Part shown: positions 56,983-64,000 of the stretch, one piece after another
Numbering within the stretch: position 1 is the stretch's first letter
How the letters are laid out: each line of letters opens with the position of its first letter
Assembly: GCA_038880755.1 (NCBI GenBank)
Contig: JAVZRC010000001.1
Coordinates: 8,791 to 72,790 of the forward strand
DNA: 64,000 nt
Reading direction: 5' to 3'
Source of the DNA: Candidatus Micrarchaeia archaeon
GTDB taxonomy: Archaea; Micrarchaeota; Micrarchaeia; CABMEP01
Notes under the pieces: generated by a model
Seen by the model: only the letters and a program-made list of their open reading frames with translations
Told to the model about the DNA's origin: nothing
Database searches by the model: none
Translations under genes and position numbers: made by a program

Positions 56983-58296
56983 TTATAATCCAAGAAGAAT
57001 TGCAATTGCAACTATAGCAACGGCTGCTACAACAAATAAACCTACAAATATCTGGAATTCATTAGGGAGACTTTCTATACTGGTATACTTCTCAGAAAAA
57101 CTTTGTTCTATATGTACTCTTTCAAATGAAATTTCGGTTTTATTGTACTCTGTTAAAAATGTATTTGGAAATGTATATTTAATATTAGGACTAAGAGGTG
57201 GGAGTCTTAGATTGAATTCCATTTGATATATTTTTTTAGGTCCTAATATGATCTGTCTTGAACAATCAGAACATTCTACAGATAAAGGCGGAATAAAAAC
57301 AGCATTTACAAAGATAGGGGATTCTTCTTTATTCATAATTTTAATTAATGTTGGTTGATTTTGATCTAATGGGGGTTGCGGTGAAAATATTATATCTATA
57401 CTAAGAGGGTCTTCTTCAGTATAATTAATTATATCTATATTTACGGTCTCTTCTAAAGATATATGTTTTCCTTCTTTTGAGAAGGCACTTATAGAGTCAT
57501 GCAAGACAGATATATCTTCTCCAGTTCCAGTTCTTACTCTTAATGCATTTAGATTCATGAATTGATTATGCGTCGGATCAATTTCAATCCATCCATAATC
57601 AGGTACATATGTTTCAGTCCATGCATGTGGTATCCATTTTCTGTCAACATATACATAACCGATTATTATGCGTGTCGAATAATTTTTAGCCCTTGCCATC
57701 GCAGCAAAAAGATTTGAAAGTTCATCACATACACCAGTTCTTTTTTCAAAAACCCAATCAGAAGGCATATTTGCAGTAGTTATATCATCTATAGTAACAT
57801 CAGTGTAAGAAGCATTATATTTTATATTTTTGAAAACCCAATTTTGCATATCATATAAGTCATAAGGTTTTTCTGAAACGAATATAGAAGTAAAATTTCT
57901 TATTTTCTCATTTATAACAATATTTTCCGTTTCATCTATATATTTTTTCTTTAGATTATTAATCTCATTTCTTTTGATATAATCAGTTTGAATTATAAAA
58001 TTAGCAGTTATTCTTTTAGACCTTACACCATTGAATTCAAACCTTATTTTTGATTCTGTTCCCTCAACAATTTTATATGGGTCAGAAAAAGTTGCATTTA
58101 GTATTTTTTGATTAGGTGAGTTTGTTGGGATAGTGACATCAAGAATTCCATTTTCAAGCACTCCATCTCCAATAATGTCCCAAATCATAGTTACATTAAG
58201 TAGTGCTTTTGTTGGCTTTGCGTGTATTAGCGTTAATAGTGAAAGCAAGAAAATAGTAAGTAATGCATATTTGTTACATTGCCTAGAAATGTGCAT
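56983..58296 (-). CDS. Secreted, C-terminally anchored transglutaminase-like cysteine protease
   Basis: Signal peptide; G.CDE.S, HAW.E, W..IDPT triad intact; C-terminal TM. Confidence 0.88.
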   Translation of the reverse strand: MHISRQCNKYALLTIFLLSLLTLIHAKPTKALLNVTMIWDIIGDGVLENGILDVTIPTNSPNQKILNATFSDPYKIVEGTESKIRFEFNGVRSKRITANFIIQTDYIKRNEINNLKKKYIDETENIVINEKIRNFTSIFVSEKPYDLYDMQNWVFKNIKYNASYTDVTIDDITTANMPSDWVFEKRTGVCDELSNLFAAMARAKNYSTRIIIGYVYVDRKWIPHAWTETYVPDYGWIEIDPTHNQFMNLNALRVRTGTGEDISVLHDSISAFSKEGKHISLEETVNIDIINYTEEDPLSIDIIFSPQPPLDQNQPTLIKIMNKEESPIFVNAVFIPPLSVECSDCSRQIILGPKKIYQMEFNLRLPPLSPNIKYTFPNTFLTEYNKTEISFERVHIEQSFSEKYTSIESLPNEFQIFVGLFVVAAVAIVAIAILLGL

Positions 58297-58355
58297 AAAA
58301 TAATTATATAGAAAATTAATTAAATTTGTTTTATTTTAAAAATGATTAGATTATA

Positions 58356-58428
58356 TGCCGCGGGGCGGATTTGAACCACCAACCTTTCGGTCTTCAGCCG
58401 AATGCTCTCCCAATTGAGCTACCGCGGC
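58356..58428 (-). tRNA. tRNA-Phe(GAA)
   Basis: GCCGCGG acceptor; anticodon arm TTCGG-CT GAA GA-CCGAA. Confidence 0.96.
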
Positions 58429-58522
58429 GATTCCAATGAATATGTATTTATGTTGTTTAATCTTTAAATTATTTGCTATTTTAATTTCCACTACATTATT
58501 GAGATTAGTAAAAGCAAAGATG

Positions 58523-58903
58523 CTAAATAATATCTTCAATTCTTCGATTTATTTCTGTCATCCTTTTCTTTGTTATAGAATAAGATCTTTCATTTTTCTC
58601 AAGTTCAGCAAGATATGCAAAATACCATCCTTCATAAGGCATTTTCCAAGCGATTAAAGTTGTTATACCAGTATTTTCTTCCCATTTAGATAATGCTTCG
58701 AATTTTTCGTGATCTATTGCTATTCTATCGCTATTCCAAGCCTTGCATTCCATAGCATATTGTTTTCCACGTTTGAACAAAAGTATGTCTGGACTTATAG
58801 AGTTAACTCCACTTCCTGCAGATCTTATAACGCTATATCCTTTTTCTTCAAATATATGAATGAGTTCTCTTTCGTTTCTCGCTCCTTTTTTATATCTATA
58901 CAT
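58523..58903 (-). CDS. hjc: Holliday junction resolvase Hjc
   Basis: Y.KG...EREL...G..V.RSAGSG...PDI...ECK. Confidence 0.93.
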   Translation of the reverse strand: MYRYKKGARNERELIHIFEEKGYSVIRSAGSGVNSISPDILLFKRGKQYAMECKAWNSDRIAIDHEKFEALSKWEENTGITTLIAWKMPYEGWYFAYLAELEKNERSYSITKKRMTEINRRIEDII

Positions 58904-58997
58904 TTGACCATCTTCTTGATCGTAAATTATAGTATATTATCTTATAAGAGAGATTTATAAATTGTTATCTTAAATATAGATATTAGAATTGATTTAG

Positions 58998-59612
58998 GTG
59001 AGTGATTTTATGGCTGAGAATCAGGGACCAATAAAGAGATTGATAAAGATGTTAAAGGGAGAGAGACCCTCTATTCCTTTAGAAGCTGTCATGCAGAAAG
59101 GAGTAGTTGTTTTGGAATCGTCAAAGAGTGCATTAGATGCAGCAAAGGCTATGGAAAAAAATAAGATCGGTTCAGTAATTGTTGTAGAAAAGGGAAAGGC
59201 AATTGGAATTGTGACAGAAAGAGACCTTGTTAGGAGAGTATTGGCAGTAAAGAAAAAACCAACAATCAAGCTTAAACAGATTCTTTCTTCTCCATTAAGA
59301 GTTGCAAGACCAGAGCAGGATATACAAGAAGCAGTTTTGGCAATGAAGAAATATAAGATAAAGAAACTTGCTGTTGTGGACGGAGAAGGAAGGCTTGTAG
59401 GAATAGTAACAGATACTGACATCACGAGAACACTTCCAGGAATGATAGACATACTTCAGGAGATAGGCAATTACAATAGATTGGCTGAAGAGTCACAATC
59501 AGTAGGGATATGCCAAAAGTGTGGCCTCTATTCCGATTCTCTACAATATGTAAACGGAGAACTCATATGCGAAGAGTGTAGGGAACAGGAAGCAGAGGAA
59601 TATGAACAGTGA
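58998..59612 (+). CDS. CBS-pair protein with C-terminal zinc ribbon
   Basis: GIVTERD and GIVTDTDI CBS motifs; CQKCG...ICEEC. Confidence 0.92.
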   Translation: MSDFMAENQGPIKRLIKMLKGERPSIPLEAVMQKGVVVLESSKSALDAAKAMEKNKIGSVIVVEKGKAIGIVTERDLVRRVLAVKKKPTIKLKQILSSPLRVARPEQDIQEAVLAMKKYKIKKLAVVDGEGRLVGIVTDTDITRTLPGMIDILQEIGNYNRLAEESQSVGICQKCGLYSDSLQYVNGELICEECREQEAEEYEQ

Positions 59613-59642
59613 ATATAATATGTTAGTATCTCATATTCTTCT

Positions 59643-59732
59643 CTATTTTGACAAAAGTATGGATAAATTCTGTTATTGAGTTCATTGCAGATAAACTGAT
59701 TAAGATCAGGGCAGGAAGAAGAGAGGAAAGAG
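59643..59732 (+). repeat. 90-bp exact direct repeat, copy 1 (intergenic)
   Basis: Identical to 61648..61737 by manual comparison. Confidence 0.92.
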
Positions 59733-59777
59733 TGACATGTCCGTTATCTTTAAATACCTAAACTGAGAAGGATAATC

Positions 59778-60584
59778 ATGGCAGAAAGAGAGGAGAAGAT
59801 AATAAAGAAAGGAGAAAATAAGGAAGAAAAGAAACCTTCCTTATGGCAGAGAATGAAAAAACCATTAGCTGCAGGCCTATTAGGTGCTTCTTTACTTTTG
59901 CACCCTATGAAGAGGGTAGATGCAGTTGGATTTGCAAAGACAAGACAACCACCATTTTATGCATCTGAGGTAATAGAAAAGAAATACAATACAGGTTGGA
60001 AGCTTTTACTAAAAGTAGATAAAGATCAAAAAGGAGAAATTAATATAGATGATTCATTAGGGATAAAATTAACTGAATCCGCTATCAATTATTTTAAGAA
60101 AAAATATGAAGAAACAAAAGATCCAGATGCTCTTTACTTACAGTTATATGGTATTTATTCCTTAGCCATGTATCATCAAACATTTGAAGAAACAGAAAAA
60201 ACCTGCCTGGAAGCAATAAAAATAATAGATGAAAGACTAAAAGAAAAACCAGACTTTCACTTTATAGATCTCAAATTAATGATATATTACAATTTGGCAG
60301 TTGCATATTATAAGGGGTATATTAAGGATCCACGTGCTGTAGCTTGGGGACATGTTGATTTCTCCAAAATAGATTTCTATAAACAAAAATCAATCGAATA
60401 TTGTAATAAATACAACGAATATCTTGAAGAAGTAAAGAAAATCTGGGATAAAGTAGATTTATTTATTTTTAAAGACTTAGGGTATAATCAAAATGATGTA
60501 GAAGACACAAAAAATGTATTTATGAAACTTTATGAAGAAAAATATAAAGAAATTCAAACAATTTTAGATAAACTAAAAGAGTAA
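59778..60584 (+). CDS. Putative exported TPR-like helical protein
   Basis: Charged N-extension plus KPLAAGLLGASLLLHP..VDA; YYNLAVAYY TPR-like helix. Confidence 0.7.
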   Translation: MAEREEKIIKKGENKEEKKPSLWQRMKKPLAAGLLGASLLLHPMKRVDAVGFAKTRQPPFYASEVIEKKYNTGWKLLLKVDKDQKGEINIDDSLGIKLTESAINYFKKKYEETKDPDALYLQLYGIYSLAMYHQTFEETEKTCLEAIKIIDERLKEKPDFHFIDLKLMIYYNLAVAYYKGYIKDPRAVAWGHVDFSKIDFYKQKSIEYCNKYNEYLEEVKKIWDKVDLFIFKDLGYNQNDVEDTKNVFMKLYEEKYKEIQTILDKLKE

Positions 60585-60614
60585 TTTTATAAATGTAAAT
60601 TATTAAATAAGTAC

Positions 60615-62606
60615 ATGAGTTTATTTTTGTTTCATGCAATTCCAAATGTTGAAGAACCAGGCAAACAATTCGAACAGACTTCTTCCCTTCCTCAACCCAA
60701 ATCCCTACAACAATCTCTTTCTTTCCAATTCCTTTCCTCAGTCACTTCTTCTCAACAAACTACAGAGCTAACTGAACTTCAGCATCTTATGCAACAGCAA
60801 CTCGAAGATCTTAAGCAATACCTTCAGATCATAGAGAAAAAAGATAAAGAAGAGATTGATACTAATTTATTATTGAACATACTGGAAAGAATAGAAGATG
60901 AATATGAAGAAATAAAGAAAAGAGAACAGGAAAGAGAAAAAGAATATGAAGAGCTTATTGAAAGAATCTATGAAAGAGAACAAAAAATAGAAGAGAAATT
61001 AGAACAAATACTGATTCCAGTTGAAGAAATAAAAGATCAAATTGAGAACGAGACAATCGTTGCTGAAAGCTTAAAACTTTATGAGATTGCAGAATTAGTC
61101 AAAGAAGAAAAGAAAGAAGAAATAAGAGAATTAGAAACAGAAGAAAGACTAAAAAAAGAAATCGAAGCAATGCAGAAGGAAATTGAAGAAATAAAAGCAA
61201 TAGGAAAGAGTGAAGAAGGAGTTGAGAATTCACTTCAAAAACTTAACAAATTCATCAAAGAAAAGCATTCTTTTGAGGAAAGAATCAACAAGATAAGTGA
61301 AATGCTTAATAAACTAAAAAGAGCTGGAATCTTTAACAAGGAAATATATGAATCATTCATAGATGAATTAAAAAGAATGCAGGAATTAGAAGAGCAAATA
61401 GTTAAAACAATCGAATCCATAATAAAAGAGACGGAAGTTACAAAAGAGAAAAAACCATCAACTGAAACAATTAGAGAAAAATTGTCTAAATTGGCAGACA
61501 AAATAAGAAAAGAAATATCTCTCCTACAGAGTCTTGCAAGCAGGATTGAAAAGATTAGAATAGAATTAGAAAAACAAACAGAAAAACAGATCTTAAAAGA
61601 GGTTAGGGAATCAAAACCAAAACTGATTTCTATTCAGAATCTTGAAACTATTTTGACAAAAGTATGGATAAATTCTGTTATTGAGTTCATTGCAGATAAA
61701 CTGATTAAGATCAGGGCAGGAAGAAGAGAGGAAAGAGAGGAAAGAGAAAGAGCAGGGAGAAAAGAAGTAAAAGAAGAGAGATACTGGGAAGAGAGACTGA
61801 AAGAGGTGGAAAAAGAAAGAAATGCTGATTTTGAAAGATTCAATAGAAAATTAAGAACTATGTTCAAACCAGAAGAATATAAAGAAATAATAAAGCATGC
61901 AAAGAAAAGTATTGTTGCATTTCTCAGGGGAATTGCAAATAACTGGTCTGAACGATGGTTAGAGCCGTTAGAATCAATAGAAGATATAAAAGGAATTAAG
62001 ATCGAAGAAAAAGGACTAAATATAATAATAGAAACTTTAAAGAGGAGGATCTCTTTCATTTCTATTTCTTCTTATGATATTCAAACAATGGAAAGAATAA
62101 TAAAAGAGAATTCTGATGCAGTGAATACACTAAATGCACTTATTGATTACATGGATGAAATAAGGATAAACGGAGTATTTAGAAAGATCCTTGTGAAAAA
62201 CATAAGAAAGTATAAAAATGGGGCAAAGCCATTGCTGTTTAAGAATTTATTGAATGAGTTGAATACAGTTAACGTTCCCACTCAAATAAGCAACACCTTC
62301 ATTCAGGCAGTGACGAGGAATAAGGAAAATATGATTGAGAAAGATAAGGAAGAAGAAAAAGTAAGAGGGAGTGAAACCAAAGAGAGGAACGAAATAGATA
62401 ATATAGTGAAGTTCATACTCTTTTATGTCTCGCTTCTTAATATGAGAAAAACAAGAGTCAGGAGCATTCTTTCTCAAATCAGTGATGAAAAAGACCAAAG
62501 AAAAGAGATCGCAACATTATATGCTAAACAGTGTGCTTTGATGAGACTTTATTCTTCAATCACTCTTTCAGAACTTAGACAAAGTACATTAGATTTGCAG
62601 TTTTAG
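60615..62606 (+). CDS. Large E/K-rich coiled-coil hypothetical protein
   Basis: 663-aa ORF, heptad-rich; contains repeat copy 2. Confidence 0.75.
   Translation: MSLFLFHAIPNVEEPGKQFEQTSSLPQPKSLQQSLSFQFLSSVTSSQQTTELTELQHLMQQQLEDLKQYLQIIEKKDKEEIDTNLLLNILERIEDEYEEIKKREQEREKEYEELIERIYEREQKIEEKLEQILIPVEEIKDQIENETIVAESLKLYEIAELVKEEKKEEIRELETEERLKKEIEAMQKEIEEIKAIGKSEEGVENSLQKLNKFIKEKHSFEERINKISEMLNKLKRAGIFNKEIYESFIDELKRMQELEEQIVKTIESIIKETEVTKEKKPSTETIREKLSKLADKIRKEISLLQSLASRIEKIRIELEKQTEKQILKEVRESKPKLISIQNLETILTKVWINSVIEFIADKLIKIRAGRREEREERERAGRKEVKEERYWEERLKEVEKERNADFERFNRKLRTMFKPEEYKEIIKHAKKSIVAFLRGIANNWSERWLEPLESIEDIKGIKIEEKGLNIIIETLKRRISFISISSYDIQTMERIIKENSDAVNTLNALIDYMDEIRINGVFRKILVKNIRKYKNGAKPLLFKNLLNELNTVNVPTQISNTFIQAVTRNKENMIEKDKEEEKVRGSETKERNEIDNIVKFILFYVSLLNMRKTRVRSILSQISDEKDQRKEIATLYAKQCALMRLYSSITLSELRQSTLDLQF
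61648..61737 (+). repeat. 90-bp exact direct repeat, copy 2 (inside coding sequence)
   Basis: Identical to 59643..59732. Confidence 0.92.
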
Positions 62607-62653
62607 CCATTATTTGCTTTGTTCCAGATAAAGCTATTAAATCCGGTGTAAAG

Positions 62654-64000
62654 ATGAGTAAAAAGAGACTCAGTAAACAGCAAAATACAAATGAACAAAA
62701 CAGGAACGAAAAGATATATACGGATAGAAATGAAAATATAGATAAGAACAGCGAGATAAATACAGATAGAAATAAAGAAAGAGATAAAGTTAGGTATGGC
62801 TTTCTGAATAAGTTTTTGATTAAGTTTCTGAAGAAATACAATATCCCCTTTCACTCATTTTATATAGAACCTTCTGAATCTGAGAGTAAATTCAAGACTG
62901 ATTTGAAAGGAGTAGATCAAGAAAAGTTAGAGAAGATCGTACAAGAGAACAACGCATATCTCTCAATTTTAGAAACACTGATAGAAGATATAATATCCAA
63001 TGATGATGCAGAGACAATAAAATATGCTTTTGACTATGGAATTCTTGACGTTGATGCAAGATTTAAAGACGGAACCACCCCTCTTTTTAAGGCTTGCGTA
63101 TTGGGCAAATATAAAGTTGCAAAACAGCTAATTAAATTAGGTGCGGACGTTAATCTCACATCTGAAGGTTACACTCCATTATCTATTGCTTGCGGCGCTA
63201 ATCGTATAGACATAGTCAAACTTCTTCTTGAAAATGGAGCTAAGGTCAATTTCACTGAGCAGAAAATTACCCCGCTTGAAGTGGCAATAGCACAAAATAA
63301 TGTACAAATAGTTAAAATTCTGCTTGATAAAGGTGCAGATCCAAACCTTTTTTGCCTGCGACCGCCTTTATTTGCAGCTTGTGAAAGTGGAAACAAGGAA
63401 ATTATCAACCTACTTATAAGTCATGGTGCAAACATGAATATTCTTTATGCTCCATTCAGACCTATCACCGTAGACAATACAATCTCTCTTTTGTCATATA
63501 TGGTATACCTAGCAAAAGAAGATGTGATCAAATTACTTATTGATCATGGAATAGATCTCAATATTAAAAATGGAAACGGAATGACAGCCTTATCATATCT
63601 CTCTGTTCAATCTTACAGATATCTTAATGATAACACTATAAAAACATTGATTAAAAATAGGACAACTCCACCATCAAAAGAAGAATATAAAATCATGTTA
63701 TTTAGGATCGCAAAAGAATTGATTAAGGCAGGGGCAGACATCAATAGCGAAGATAACGATGGTTGGACGCCGCTAATGTTTGCTTGTAAATATGGTGAAG
63801 AACAACTTGTAAAATTATTTTTGAAAGCAGGTGCAGACCCTAATCATCGTTCAAAAGCAGGAACAACTCCACTATCTATAGCTGCAGTTAATAATCAGAT
63901 AGGTGTAATAAGGTTTTTAATCGAAGCAGGTGCAGATCCGAATATAACAAGTTCAACCGGAAAGACACCATTAATAAAAGCAACCGAAAAAGGTTATTTA
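62654..64000 (+). CDS. Ankyrin-repeat protein (partial, runs off window end)
   Basis: Manual translation from ATG 62654: DGTTPLFKAC..G...AK.LI..GADVN, GYTPLSIAC..LLENGAKVN, DGWTPLMFAC..GADPN, GTTPLSIAA..GADPN. Confidence 0.92.
   Translation, partial: MSKKRLSKQQNTNEQNRNEKIYTDRNENIDKNSEINTDRNKERDKVRYGFLNKFLIKFLKKYNIPFHSFYIEPSESESKFKTDLKGVDQEKLEKIVQENNAYLSILETLIEDIISNDDAETIKYAFDYGILDVDARFKDGTTPLFKACVLGKYKVAKQLIKLGADVNLTSEGYTPLSIACGANRIDIVKLLLENGAKVNFTEQKITPLEVAIAQNNVQIVKILLDKGADPNLFCLRPPLFAACESGNKEIINLLISHGANMNILYAPFRPITVDNTISLLSYMVYLAKEDVIKLLIDHGIDLNIKNGNGMTALSYLSVQSYRYLNDNTIKTLIKNRTTPPSKEEYKIMLFRIAKELIKAGADINSEDNDGWTPLMFACKYGEEQLVKLFLKAGADPNHRSKAGTTPLSIAAVNNQIGVIRFLIEAGADPNITSSTGKTPLIKATEKGYL

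Noticed and set aside
58351-58539. 62-aa minus-strand ORF
   Set aside because: Reads through tRNA-Phe
59643-61737. Diversity-generating retroelement TR/VR pair
   Set aside because: Copies are identical (no adenine-specific mismatches), the coding copy is mid-gene, and no reverse transcriptase is in the window
3939-63408. Numerous S/F/L/I-rich antisense ORFs in the track (e.g. 3939..4340, 53346..54083, 62575..62841)
   Set aside because: Shadows of E/K-rich genes on the opposite strand

Overview
AT-rich archaeal chromosome segment, most likely a DPANN archaeon (Micrarchaeota-like; inferred from tRNA-Ile(UAU), an unlinked 5S rRNA, compact housekeeping genes and large Cys-rich surface proteins). 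Housekeeping genes include the S19e-L39e-L31e-eIF6-LX-pfdA-ftsY operon, the L21e-rpoF-DUF655-ksgA cluster, lysS, pus10, tfe, rpoK, cdc6, S6e-eIF2g and L7Ae-S28e-L24e, plus 4 tRNAs and a 5S rRNA. The most striking region is 25.9-47.1 kb: six tandem, highly diverged paralogous polytopic membrane proteins, each with a pilin-like N-terminal helical hairpin and a CedA/VirB6-like core. They are followed by a 2791-aa lipoprotein-like surface protein with cupredoxin-like and Cys-rich repeats, and sit head-to-head with a 1038-aa single-pass membrane protein. This is a candidate undescribed heteromeric channel or cell-contact apparatus, with no ATPase in the window. Other notable items: a single-repeat (half) TBP, a bacterial-type long RelA/SpoT with a degenerate hydrolase motif, an IspE-like kinase, a K-turn switch over the L7Ae start codon, a 90-bp exact repeat, and several small ORFs missed by the ORF track. 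All family assignments come from motif recognition by eye; no searches were run.
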